Assembly: GCA_032654565.1 (NCBI GenBank)
Contig: JAULAX010000004.1
Location: 1 to 27,360 of the forward strand
Length of the DNA stretch: 27,360 bases
Direction: 5' to 3'
Source: Anaeromyxobacteraceae bacterium
Lineage (GTDB): Bacteria; Myxococcota; Myxococcia; Myxococcales; Anaeromyxobacteraceae
The notes under the pieces are model-generated. The model ran no database searches. It had not been told where the DNA came from and worked only from the letters and a program-made list of their open reading frames with translations. A program made the translations under genes and the position numbers. Positions 7,042 through 16,802 of this stretch are shown here, in pieces (within the stretch, counting starts at the first letter, position 1; every line of letters begins with the position of its first letter).

Positions 7042-9510
7042 ATGGCGATTCCCTGGCGCACCACGCTCCGCTGGACCACCCGCGCCCTGGCGGCGCTCCT
7101 CCTGCTCGCCGGGACCGCCGCCGCGGCCGGCTGGTGGATGCTGGGGCGGAGCCTGCCGGCCCTCGACGGCGCGGCGCCCCTCGGCGGCCTCTCGGCGCCG
7201 GTCACCGTGACCCGCGACGCCCTGGGCGTCCCCACGGTGCGCGGCGACACCCGCCTCGACGTGGCCCGGGCCGTGGGCTTCCTCCACGCCCAGGACCGGC
7301 TCTTCCAGATGGACCTGCTGCGCCGCCGCGCCGCCGGCGAGCTGGCCGAGCTGGTCGGGGCTCGCGCCCTGCCGGTCGACCGGCGCACCCGCCGCCACCG
7401 GCTCCGCGAGGTGGCACGCCGCGCGGTGGCCGCCTCCACGCCGGCCGAGCGGGCCCTGCTGGCGAGCTATGCCGAGGGGGTCAACGCCGGCGCGGCCGCG
7501 CTGGCGGCCCGCCCCTTCGAGTACCTGCTGCTGCGGACCGATCCGGCGCCGTGGCGGGAGGAGGACTCGATGCTGGTGGTCCTCGCCATGTTCATCGACC
7601 TGACCGGCGAGTCCGGCAACCAGGACGCCATGCTGGGGGCCATCCACGACGCCCTGCCGGCCCCCTTCCTGGAGCTCCTGGCGCCGCGCCGGGGCGAGTG
7701 GGATGCGCCGCTCATCGGGGAGGCCGGCCAGACGCCCCCGCTCCCGGGGCCCGAGGTGCTGGACCTGCGGCGGACGGCGGCGCTGGATGGCGGACCCGGG
7801 CCCGCCGGTGGTGGTGCCGGTGGCGACCCGGAGCAGGCCGTGGCCCTCGCGGCGCTGGGCTTCGGCGCCGAAGGCAGCCCGGACGGCGCCGCGGGCAGCA
7901 ACGCCTGGGCGGTGGACGGCCGCCGCTCCGCCCACGGCGGGGCGCTGCTGGCCGACGACATGCATCTCGGCCTGCGCGTCCCCAACACCTGGTACCGCGC
8001 CGCCTTCGCCTGGAAGGACGACGACGGCAGGCCGCGCCGCGTCGACGGCGTCACCCTGCCGGGCGTGCCCGCGGTGGTGGCCGGATCCAACGGGCAGGTG
8101 GCCTGGGGCTTCACCAACAGCTACGGCGACCTCGGCGACCTGGTGGTGCTGGAGCCGGCGCCGGGCGACGCCGACGCCTACCTCACGCCGGCGGGGCCGC
8201 GCCGCTTCGAGCACCACGCCGAGCGCCTGCGCGTCAAGGGAGGCGCCGACGAGCCGCTCGACGTGGTCTCCACCATCTGGGGTCCGGTGGTCGACACCGA
8301 CGCCGGCGGCCACCGCCGGGCCCTGGCCTGGACCGCCTCGCTCCCCGGCGGCGTGGACCTGGGGCTGCTCGGGCTGGAGCGGGCCGCCTCGCTCGACGAG
8401 GCGCTCGACGCCGCCAACCGCGCCGGCATCCCGCCGCAGAACTTCCTCTGCGCCGACGCCACCGGCCGCATCGGCTGGACCATCGCCGGGCGGCTGCCCC
8501 GGCGGGTCGGCCACGACGGGCGGCTGCCGGTCTCCTTCGCCGACGGGACGCGCCGCTGGGAGGGGCTGCGCCCTCCAGCCGAGACGCCGCGCCTGGTCGA
8601 TCCGTCCGACGGCCGGCTCTGGACCGCCAACGCCCGCGTGGTGGACGGCGAGGCGCTGGCCCTCATTGGCGACGGCGGCTACGCCCTCGGGGCCCGCGCC
8701 GGGCAGATCCGGGATCGGCTCCGTGCCCAGGCCACCTTCTCGGAGCCGGACCTGCTCTCCATCCAGCTCGACGACCGGGCCCTCTTCCTCTCGCCCTGGC
8801 AGGCGCTGCTGCTGCGCCAGCTCACCGTGGAGGCCATGGCCGCCGACCTGCGCCGGGCCGAGGTGCGACGGCTGGTGCAGGGCTGGGGCGCCCGCGCCAG
8901 CGTCGGCTCGGTGGGCTACCGGCTGGTGCGCGCCTGGCGGCTGGCGGTGACGGCTCGCGCCCTGGCGCCGCTGCTGGCGGGGGCGCGGCGGCTCGACCCG
9001 CGCGTCGAGGCGGCCCGGCTCCACCAGGCCGAGGGGCTGGTCTGGCGGCTGGTAATCGAGCAGCCGGCGCACCTGCTGGCCCCCTCGGAGGGGAGCTGGG
9101 AGCGGCTCCTGCTCGCCGCGCTCGACGACGTCCTCGAGGCGCTGCCGGGGCGGGGCCAGGCGCTCGGCGAGCGGACCTGGGGCGAGCAGAACACCGCCGC
9201 CATCCGCCACCCGCTCTCCGGCGCCGTGCCGGGGCTGTCTCGCCTGCTCGACCTCCCGGCCGAGCCGCTCCCCGGCGACGCCCACATGCCGCGGGTGCAG
9301 TCGCCCGACTTCGGCGCCTCGGAGCGGATGGTGGTCTCGCCGGGGCGCGAGGCCTCGGGGATCCTGGAGCTGCCGGGCGGCCAGAGCGGCCACCCGCGCT
9401 CGCCGTTCTACCGGGCCGGCCACCAGGCCTGGGTGCGCGGGGAGCCGGCCTCCTTCCTGCCCGGGCCGGCGGTCCACACGCTGGTCTTGCGGCCGGCCCC
9501 GGGGCGCTGA
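7042..9510 (+). CDS. Penicillin acylase family (peptidase S45, Ntn-hydrolase), 822 aa
   Basis: N-terminal TM/signal; RDALGVPTV, GFLHAQDRLFQMDLLRR, nucleophile motif GSNAWAV (Ser codon 7897-7899), DMHL, PGGQSGHPRSPFY; GAGGA RBS, 8-bp gap after the methyltransferase. Confidence 0.95.
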   Translation: MAIPWRTTLRWTTRALAALLLLAGTAAAAGWWMLGRSLPALDGAAPLGGLSAPVTVTRDALGVPTVRGDTRLDVARAVGFLHAQDRLFQMDLLRRRAAGELAELVGARALPVDRRTRRHRLREVARRAVAASTPAERALLASYAEGVNAGAAALAARPFEYLLLRTDPAPWREEDSMLVVLAMFIDLTGESGNQDAMLGAIHDALPAPFLELLAPRRGEWDAPLIGEAGQTPPLPGPEVLDLRRTAALDGGPGPAGGGAGGDPEQAVALAALGFGAEGSPDGAAGSNAWAVDGRRSAHGGALLADDMHLGLRVPNTWYRAAFAWKDDDGRPRRVDGVTLPGVPAVVAGSNGQVAWGFTNSYGDLGDLVVLEPAPGDADAYLTPAGPRRFEHHAERLRVKGGADEPLDVVSTIWGPVVDTDAGGHRRALAWTASLPGGVDLGLLGLERAASLDEALDAANRAGIPPQNFLCADATGRIGWTIAGRLPRRVGHDGRLPVSFADGTRRWEGLRPPAETPRLVDPSDGRLWTANARVVDGEALALIGDGGYALGARAGQIRDRLRAQATFSEPDLLSIQLDDRALFLSPWQALLLRQLTVEAMAADLRRAEVRRLVQGWGARASVGSVGYRLVRAWRLAVTARALAPLLAGARRLDPRVEAARLHQAEGLVWRLVIEQPAHLLAPSEGSWERLLLAALDDVLEALPGRGQALGERTWGEQNTAAIRHPLSGAVPGLSRLLDLPAEPLPGDAHMPRVQSPDFGASERMVVSPGREASGILELPGGQSGHPRSPFYRAGHQAWVRGEPASFLPGPAVHTLVLRPAPGR

Positions 9511-9573
9511 CCCGCCACCCCGGTCCCGGAGGGTGAGGCGCGACCGGCCGCGGTCGAGCGGCGCCGTCCTCCC

Positions 9574-12498
9574 CTACCAGACCACCCGCAGCGAGTTGCC
9601 GTCGCCGAGCCAGACGTGGCCGGCGGCGTCGGTGGCGACGTCACCGGCGCCGAGGTGGGCGCCCGGGACCACCAGGTACTCGTTCATGGCCGGCGCCACC
9701 CCGACCGGCTGGATGGTGAGGTAGACGCCCGGCACCCAGGTGCCCGCGGTGACGGTGCCGGACACCGTGAGGTAGCCCGGCCCGTCCATGACCAGGTCGC
9801 CGGCCGGCGTGAAGGCGATGTTCGGCACCGAGGAGAGGTAGCCCTGCGCCGCCGGGAGGCCGGCGTAGAGGCCGCTGCCCCCGCCCCCGGTGATGCGCGT
9901 CAGGCTGCCGTCGGCCTCGACGCGGACCACCGCCGGCGTCTTCGGGCCGAGCCCGCCGCCGCAGAAGTAGCCGGCCACGTAGACCAGGCCGTCGGGCCCC
10001 ATGGCCAGGTTGCAGGTGGGGACGGTCCGCCGATCGGTGTTGACGTCGTAGACCCCGCCGCAGCCGGCGAAGTTGAGCGGCGACGAGGTGTACGGGGCCG
10101 CGGCCGGGCAGCTGGTGGCGCTGGCGGCGCCGGTGACGGTGTTGGTCCAGCCCCGGGTGAGGTAGGTGGTCCAGCTGGCCGGCACCAGCGGGTCGCCGGT
10201 GACGATGCCGCCGGCCGGGTAGGTCGTGTAGTAGTCGGTCCCGACCCAGGCCCGGCCGCCGAAGGCCAGCGGCCGCCGCACGTAGAAGCTGGTGGGCGTC
10301 CATGGGACCGGGTACCAGACCGTGGAGATCAGGTTGGTGGCGAGGTCGATGCGGCGCAGCGATCCCGAGTACCCGGTGAAGGTCCCGTTCACCACCGCGT
10401 TCGGATAGAGGTCGTCGACGACGTAGAGCGACCCGGCCGCGCCCACCGTCGGGTCGAAGGCCAGCCCGCGGGGTGACCAGAGGAAGCCGGCGTTGATCGG
10501 GCCGTCGCCCGACGAGCCCCACTGCGGCGAGGTGCCGGTGCCGAAGGGCGTGCTCACCAGCCCCGAGGGGGCGAGCCGGTGGACCCGGCCGTTGGTCGCG
10601 TCGCTGAACCAGACGGTGCCGCCTGGCCCGGCGGCGACGCCGGCCACCGCGCCGACCAGGGCATCGGCGCCCGGCCCGGGCACCCCGGCCAGGCCGGCCA
10701 CCCGCGACTCGTTGACGGCGGTGACCACGGTGCCGGCCGCCGGGGCGCTGGCGGTGAGCGTGAAGGCCACCGGGCTCCCGGCCACGTGATCGCCGTGCAG
10801 GTCGAGGTAGCTGGCGAGGAAGCGGTAGCTGCCGGGGGCGAGCCCGGCGCGCGAGGCGGGCACCGCGGCCACGCCGGCGCCGGTGGTGGTCACCTGCGTG
10901 CCGGCCAGCCAGCCGCCGGCGAGGGCGGTCGGGTCGAGGGAGAACTCCACCGGGTAGGCGGCGAGCGGGGCGCCGTCGGCCAGCGCCACCCCGGAGGGCG
11001 CCTGGGCGCGCTGCGAGATCCAGGCGGCCTGGCCGGTGGCGGTGATGGCCGCCAGCGTGGCGGTCGAGGCGGCGGTGGCCCCGGCCCCGGCCAGCAGCCG
11101 CACCGAGTTGTTGGCCTCCTCGACCAGGTAGAGGTCGCGGGTGCCTGGGGCGAAGGCCATGGCGATGGGGTGGTTCACCGTCGCCGCCAGGGCCGGGCCG
11201 AAGTCGCCGGTGGCGCCGAGGGTGGTGGTCCCCATCACGTACTCGAGCCGCAGCGCGGCGCCGTCCACGCGGGCCACCACCTGCTCGTTGAAGAGGCCGA
11301 GGTAGAGGTTCTCCCGCACCCCGCCGCCGGGCAGGGCGGCGCGGTCGAGGGCGATGGCCGGCGGGTCCCGGTAGAAGCTCGAGCCCCGGGCCGGGAGGCC
11401 GTTGGCGAAGGCGGCCCCGCCCCCGGCGACCCGGGTGAGGGCGCCGTCGGGGGCGCGGCGGACCACCGCCGCCACGCCGCCGTCCACGGTGGCGCTGCCG
11501 CCGAAGTCACCGCCGTGGAAGTAGGCGGAGATGAAGGCGTTCCCCTTGGAGTCGAAGACCAGCGCGCCGGTGGCGCTGTGGTAGGGGTCGCCGCCGTGGG
11601 TGTACTGGTAGGGGTTGGTCCAGTACTCGCCGGCCCAGATGTGGTTGAGCACGCCGCCGCTGGCGGTGGAGCCGAGCGTCCAGGTGGAGATGGTGCCGAG
11701 CGTCCCCTCGATGACCCGGAAGCGGCTGTTGAGCCCGTCGGCCACGTAGATGCTCGGCACCGGCCGCTCCGGCCCGATGGCCACCTTGACCGGGGTGTTG
11801 AGCTGGGCGAGCAGCGCCGAGGCGCCGTCGCCGGAGAAGCCGGCGGTGCCGGTGCCGGCCAGCAGCGAGATGCGCCCGGTGGCGAGGTCCACCGCCCGGA
11901 CCCGGTGGTTGAAGGTGTCGGCGATGATGAGCCGGTTCGGGGTGGAGAGCTCGTCGAGCGCGATCCCCTTGGGCAGGTTGAGCGGGCTGGACACCGCCGG
12001 TCCGCCGTCGCCGCCGGCGGCGCAGGCGCCGGTGCCGGCCACCACCGAGACCACCCCGGCCGGCGTGATCCGCTTCACCACGCAGTTGACGGTGTCGGCC
12101 AGGTAGAGCGTGCCGTCCTGGGCCACGGCGAGATCCTGCGGGCCGGAGAGCGCCGCCTTCGGGGCCGGGCCGGTGACCGGCGCGGCCGCGGCGACGTGGC
12201 CGGCGTTGACCACCGGGACGACCGTGCCGTCCGGCGGGGCGTCGGCGGTGACCACCAGGTCGAGCGGCGCGAAGGCGCCCGGGGTGGTGGCGGTGAAGTG
12301 CTGGGCCCCCACGGCCCGCCCCAGCGTCAGGGTGAAGGCGACGGTGCCGTCGAGGGTGCTGGTGGCGGCGGCCGCCGGGGCCTGGGCGCCGGCCGGCGCC
12401 GCCAGCGTGACCACCTGGGCGGCCAGCACCGGCAGGGCGGCGACGTCGACCACCTGGAGCGTCACGGTGAGTGATTGGTTGGGGAGGGCGTGGAGCGC
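9574..12498 (-). CDS. 3' part of a giant surface lipoprotein: Ig-like segments and two NHL-repeat beta-propeller regions (joined to the 5' part by a frameshift)
   Basis: NHL repeats (LSGPQDLAVAQDGTLYLADT, LNLPKGIALD..LIIADTFNHRVR, LNTPVKVAIG, WSPRGLAFDP) with GFSGDG-type spacers; no RBS or signal peptide at the tracked GTG 12465. Confidence 0.85.
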   Translation of the reverse strand, partial: ALHALPNQSLTVTLQVVDVAALPVLAAQVVTLAAPAGAQAPAAAATSTLDGTVAFTLTLGRAVGAQHFTATTPGAFAPLDLVVTADAPPDGTVVPVVNAGHVAAAAPVTGPAPKAALSGPQDLAVAQDGTLYLADTVNCVVKRITPAGVVSVVAGTGACAAGGDGGPAVSSPLNLPKGIALDELSTPNRLIIADTFNHRVRAVDLATGRISLLAGTGTAGFSGDGASALLAQLNTPVKVAIGPERPVPSIYVADGLNSRFRVIEGTLGTISTWTLGSTASGGVLNHIWAGEYWTNPYQYTHGGDPYHSATGALVFDSKGNAFISAYFHGGDFGGSATVDGGVAAVVRRAPDGALTRVAGGGAAFANGLPARGSSFYRDPPAIALDRAALPGGGVRENLYLGLFNEQVVARVDGAALRLEYVMGTTTLGATGDFGPALAATVNHPIAMAFAPGTRDLYLVEEANNSVRLLAGAGATAASTATLAAITATGQAAWISQRAQAPSGVALADGAPLAAYPVEFSLDPTALAGGWLAGTQVTTTGAGVAAVPASRAGLAPGSYRFLASYLDLHGDHVAGSPVAFTLTASAPAAGTVVTAVNESRVAGLAGVPGPGADALVGAVAGVAAGPGGTVWFSDATNGRVHRLAPSGLVSTPFGTGTSPQWGSSGDGPINAGFLWSPRGLAFDPTVGAAGSLYVVDDLYPNAVVNGTFTGYSGSLRRIDLATNLISTVWYPVPWTPTSFYVRRPLAFGGRAWVGTDYYTTYPAGGIVTGDPLVPASWTTYLTRGWTNTVTGAASATSCPAAAPYTSSPLNFAGCGGVYDVNTDRRTVPTCNLAMGPDGLVYVAGYFCGGGLGPKTPAVVRVEADGSLTRITGGGGSGLYAGLPAAQGYLSSVPNIAFTPAGDLVMDGPGYLTVSGTVTAGTWVPGVYLTIQPVGVAPAMNEYLVVPGAHLGAGDVATDAAGHVWLGDGNSLRVVW

Positions 12499-12499
12499 C

Positions 12500-14830
12500 C
12501 CCCGGCGCGGTGGCGACGCGCAGCGAGTAGCCCGGCGCGGTGCAGGCCCCGGCGCGACAGACGTTGGAGTTGCCGCCGACGGCGTCGGGGCAGGCGGTCC
12601 CGTCCGGCTGGTCGCCGGTGACGCCGCAGGCCGGGAGGCCGGTGGCGCAGAGGGTGGCCACCCGCTGGCACGGGGTGGCGACGCCGGGCGGGCCGGCGTG
12701 GCCGGCGGCGCCGTCGCAGGCGGCCCCCAGCACGCAGGCGCCGCAGCTCCCGGCCCGGCAGACGGCGTCGGCGCCGCAGGAGGCGCCGTCGGCGAGCGCC
12801 ACCCCCGAGTCGAGGCAGGTGGAGAGGCCGGTGGCGCAGGAGGTGGCGCCGGCGTGGCACGGGTTGGCGGGGACGCAGGCGAGGCCGGCCGCGCAGGCGA
12901 CGCAGCCGCCGCCGTGGCAGACCAGGTCGGCGCCGCAGCCGGTGCCGTCGGAGAGGCTCACCGCGGTGTCCTGGCAGACCGGGGCGCCCGAGCCGCAGGC
13001 GATGGCCCCGGCGTGGCAGGGGTTGGCGGCGGCGCAGGCCTGGCCCGCCCGGCAGGGGACGCAGCCGCCGGCGCCGTCGCAGACCAGGTCGGCGCCGCAG
13101 GCGAGGCCCGGGGCTGCGGAGGTGATGGGGGCCGCGCAGACGGCGTAGCCGAGGTCACAGGCGGTGACGCCAGCCTGGCAGGTGTTGCCGCCCGGCGTGC
13201 AGGCGGATCCGGCGGCGCAGGGCTGGCAGGAGCCGGAGAAGCAGACCTGGCCGGCGCCGCAGGCGGTGCCGTTGGCGAGCGGCGCACCCGAGGAGACGCA
13301 CTGCGGCCGGCCGGTGGCGCAGGAGGTGACGCCGGCCGAGCAGGGCAGGTCGGGGGAGCTGCAGGCGACGCTGGGCCGGCAGGCGCCGCACAGGCCGGCC
13401 TGGCAGGCCTGGTCGAGGCCGCAGGAGGCGCCGTCGGCGAGCGGGGCGCCGGTGTCGAGGCAGACCTCGGCGCCGGTGGCGCAGCTGGTCAGGCCGGCGT
13501 GGCAGGCGTTGGCCGGGGTGCAGGCCCGGTTGGCCCGGCAGGCCTGGCAGGCGCCGCCGCGGCAGGCCTGGTCGAGGCCGCAGCTGGCCCCGTCGGGCCG
13601 GGGCAGCGCCGTGGGCGCGCAGCTGGCCAGCCCGGCGTCGCAGGCCACGACCCCCTCGGTGCACGGCGCGCCGGCCGGCTGGCAGGCGGCGCCGGCCACG
13701 CAGACCGGGGTGCAGCGGCCGGCCGAGCAGGCGTGGTTGGCGGCGCAGGGGAGGCCGTCGAGCGCGTTGCCGACCGGGCCGCAGAACGGCGCGCCGGAGA
13801 CGCAGGCCACCGCCCCCACCTGGCAGGGATCGGGCAGGTCGCAGCGGGCGCCGGCCACGCAGGTGGGGGGCGTCCCCGGGTCCGGGGGGGTGACCGAGAG
13901 GCCGCCCTTGGAGAGGGTGACGGCGAGCTGGATCTCCTGGGCCGGCCCCACCAGGACGTTGGGGACCACCGCGGTGGCGTAGCCGGCCAGCGCGGCCTCG
14001 ACCCGGTAGAGGCCGGGGGGGACGGCGGGGATGGAGAAGGCCCCGGCGGCGGACGCCGCGGCGGCCAGCGGCGCGCCGACCAGCGGCGTGGCGGTGACGG
14101 TGGCGCCCGCCCCGGCGGCCTCGGGCGAGAAGACCAGGTGGCCGGTGATGGCCCCGGGCAGGGGAGGGCCGCCGCCGGCGGGGGGGGCCGCCGGGCCGAG
14201 GGACACGTCACGCGCGGTGAAGTCCTCGCCGGGGCGAAGCTCGATGCCGGTGAGGGCCTCGGGGGTGTAGCCGTCGCGGAAGAAGGTGAGGTCGAGCCGC
14301 CCGGCGGGCATGGCGTCGAGGACGAAGGAGCCGTCGTCGCCGGTGTAGGTGAGGGAGGGGCCAGAGGGGACGAAGACCAGCGAGCCGCCGTGGCCGGAGG
14401 TCCCGGGCACGTCGCCGCGCCGCACCCGGCCGCGGAGCCGGGCGTTCTCCACCACCACCACGTCACCCAGCGCCACGTCGCGCCCCAGCCCGGCCTTCAC
14501 CGAGGCCAGCTGCAGGAGCACCTGCTTGTCCGGCCGGCCGTCGTGGTCGAGGTCCACCTGGACGAGCAGCGCGCCGGCGCCGTCGAGGATGCCGGTGACC
14601 ACGAAGCGGCCGTTGGCGTCGGCGAGGGCGCCCAGGCTGGTGCCGAGGATGGTGGCGCTGGCCCCGGCGGCGGCCACCGGCGCCGCCTGGCCGGCCACGG
14701 CGTAGACCGCCCGTCCCTGCACGGTGCCGGGGCCCGGCGGCGGCGGCTCGGGCGGCAGCGAGAGGTCGAGCGAGCAGCCGCCCAGGGAGAGGGCGAGGGC
14801 GGCGGTGAGGGGGCGGAGGGCGAGGCGCAT
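12500..14830 (-). CDS. 5' part of the giant lipoprotein: lipobox, carboxypeptidase-regulatory-like beta-sandwich domains, 8 Cys-rich repeats
   Basis: MRLALRPLTAALALSLGGC signal; GTVQGR..., RLRGRV..., GAITGH...PPGLYRVEAALAGY domains; DLDHDGRPD Ca-binding-like motif. After 12500 this frame reads as Arg/Pro-rich non-coding-like sequence until a stop at 11507. Confidence 0.85.
12542..13861 (-). repeat. Eight tandem 8-cysteine protein repeats of ~53-55 aa (last one longer)
   Basis: Approximate consensus CxAGxACxPxNPCxAGxTxCxTGxxxCxxxGxxLADGxxCGxDxxCxxGxCxx, counted by hand: 8 units, 64 Cys. Confidence 0.9.
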
Positions 14831-14843
14831 GGGGGGTCGTTCC

Positions 14844-15998
14844 CTAGAAGGTGACGGAGAGGGAGGCCAGGGCGCCGCCGGGCAGCGGGGCCAGGCCGGC
14901 GGTGGCGGTGGCGGCGCCGAAGCGCCGGTAGCGCCCGGGGTCGTCGCCGGCGATCCAGAGCCAGGTGGCCACCCCGGCCGAGACCACGGCGACGCCGGCC
15001 GAGGCCAGCGCCAGCGTCTGGTCGGTCTCGATCCGGGCCTGCAGCCCGTTGGCCAGGGTCCGGTAGTTGGTGGACCCCTCCACGGTGATCCCGTCCTGCA
15101 GCTTGCGGCGGGCGAAGAGGAAGGTGCCGGGCGAGGTCTCGTTGCCGTAGAGCCGGTTGGCGTCGAACTGGAGCCAGGCGGCGCCGGCCACCGCCGCCAC
15201 CGCCACCCCGGTGGCGATCCAGGCCCCGGCGCGGAGCCGGCCGTGGCGCCGCTCCCAGGCCTTGATGAAGTCCGGGCTGGGCACCAGGGTGGCGCCCACC
15301 TCGGTGACCTGCCCGGCCTCGATGGGCACCTCACGCTGCCAGAGCACGAACCCCTCCTTCTCCACCGAGAGGGTGTGCGGTCCGGCCGGGATCTCCAGCG
15401 TGCCGCCCAGCGGCGTGGTCCCCTTCACCTGCTCGTCGACGCGCACCACCGCCCCGGCCTCCAGGCTGTTGACCAGCAGCTTGCCGGTGCGGCCGGCCAG
15501 CACCTTCTGGAAGAGCCGGTTCACCGCGCGTCCCACCCGGCCCACCAGCTCCCCCTCCGACCCGGCGGTCTCGATGGCCGAGCCGGCCCGCTCCGAGCGC
15601 TTCACGTCGGCCAGGGTCACCTCCAGCGTCAGCCGGGGGGGCGCGGCGCCGGCGCCGGCCACCCGGGAGACCCGCCCGGTCACCAGCCACTCCGCCCCCA
15701 GCGAGGCGCCGACGTCGGCGTAGCAGCCCGGGTCGGTGCAGCCCAGCATCTGCCGCTGCTTCTCGAAGGCCAGCAGCGAGCGGACCGCCTCGGTGGTCAT
15801 GACCTGGAAGGCGCCGATGCGATCGAGCTCGGCGGCGGCGGAACCGGCCAGGCCGCGGGCCAGCTCCGGCGGCACGGCGTCGGCGGCGAAGTCGAGCACG
15901 GCGACGCGGGGCTTCGGCGGCGGCGCGGCCGAGGCCGGGCCCGGCAGGGCCGCGAGGGTGATGACGGAGACGACGACGAGGAGGTGGAGGCGGGTCAT
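14844..15998 (-). CDS. PEGA domain protein with CsgG/TolB-N-like N-terminal domain, 384 aa
   Basis: Signal peptide; RVAVLDF...GCTDPGCYADVGASLGAEWLVTGRV; PEGA GKLLVNSLEAGAVVRVDEQVKGTTPL...AGPHTLSVEKEGF; two hydrophobic helices; ends GGALASLSVTF. Confidence 0.88.
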   Translation of the reverse strand: MTRLHLLVVVSVITLAALPGPASAAPPPKPRVAVLDFAADAVPPELARGLAGSAAAELDRIGAFQVMTTEAVRSLLAFEKQRQMLGCTDPGCYADVGASLGAEWLVTGRVSRVAGAGAAPPRLTLEVTLADVKRSERAGSAIETAGSEGELVGRVGRAVNRLFQKVLAGRTGKLLVNSLEAGAVVRVDEQVKGTTPLGGTLEIPAGPHTLSVEKEGFVLWQREVPIEAGQVTEVGATLVPSPDFIKAWERRHGRLRAGAWIATGVAVAAVAGAAWLQFDANRLYGNETSPGTFLFARRKLQDGITVEGSTNYRTLANGLQARIETDQTLALASAGVAVVSAGVATWLWIAGDDPGRYRRFGAATATAGLAPLPGGALASLSVTF

Positions 15999-16019
15999 GG
16001 GGGGCCTTCCGGCCGGCGC

Positions 16020-16802
16020 TCAGGAGGCGTCGCGGCTGGCGTAGGAGACGACGGCCTGGCGGATGTGGGCGAAGGCGCGCCCCACCTGGACCGAGTTGAA
16101 GAGCTCGCGGGTCTCGTCGATGAGCCCGGAGGCGCGGCGGATGGCGGTCTCGATGTCCGGGTAGGGGGCGGACGAGTCGCCGCCGTGGCCGGGGCAGATG
16201 GTCTCGACGCGCAGCTCGGCCAGCCGCTGCAGCGAGCCGACGTAGTCGCTGATCGAGCCGGAGGGGTAGACCCCGCCGAGGATGCCGCCCTTGAAGAGGG
16301 TGTCGCCGGTGAAGAGCAGGTGGTGGGAGAGCTCGCGGTAGCAGACCGCGCCGGAGACGTGGCCCGGGGTGTGGACGGTGCGCACCGCCAGGCCGCCGAG
16401 GTCGATCACCGAGCCGTGCTCCAGGTGCAGGTCGACGGCGAAGCGCTCGGGCGGGATGCCGAAGGCCTTGTTCCAGAGGACGAACTCGTCCTGCAGCCGG
16501 ATCTTGTTGGCCGCCTGGCGGTGGGCGGCCACCACCGTGGCGGGCGGGAAGAACGGCACCCCGCCGATGTGGTCCATGTGCTCGTGGGTGAGCAGCACCA
16601 GGTGGACGTCGTGCCGGGTCAGGCCCAGCGAGGCCAGCCCGGCCTCCAGGGCCGGGGCGTCGGCCGGCAGCCCGGTGTCGATGAGCGCGGTCTTGCGCGT
16701 CCCCTGCAGCAGGTAGCTCTTGCAGCCGCCGCTCCCCTTCAGCCCCTTGAGCCAGTGGACGCCGGGCCGGATCTGCTGGGTCAGCTCGCCGGGGGCGCTC
16801 AC
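16020..16802 (-). CDS. Metallo-beta-lactamase-fold hydrolase (glyoxalase II-like), 260 aa
   Basis: LIDTG, THEHMDHIGG, HTPGH, FTGD, PGHG; GTG start overlaps the upstream TGA (GTGA, 16799-16802). Confidence 0.93.
   Translation of the reverse strand: MSAPGELTQQIRPGVHWLKGLKGSGGCKSYLLQGTRKTALIDTGLPADAPALEAGLASLGLTRHDVHLVLLTHEHMDHIGGVPFFPPATVVAAHRQAANKIRLQDEFVLWNKAFGIPPERFAVDLHLEHGSVIDLGGLAVRTVHTPGHVSGAVCYRELSHHLLFTGDTLFKGGILGGVYPSGSISDYVGSLQRLAELRVETICPGHGGDSSAPYPDIETAIRRASGLIDETRELFNSVQVGRAFAHIRQAVVSYASRDAS

Noticed and set aside
4967..9510. Apparent long or fused proteins 4967..7033, 5300..7039 and 6013..9510
   Set aside because: The N-terminal extensions overlap real genes in other frames or strands; RBS and motif positions support starts at 6065, 5992 and 7042.
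12542..13861. CRISPR array or non-coding DNA repeat
   Set aside because: The repeats are degenerate in DNA, in frame and conserved as Cys spacing, so they are protein repeats.
11507..15334. 1275-aa ORF as a single real protein
   Set aside because: Its first 168 codons overlap the PEGA gene out of frame and its tail after 12500 overlaps the NHL frame; only 12500-14830 looks coding.
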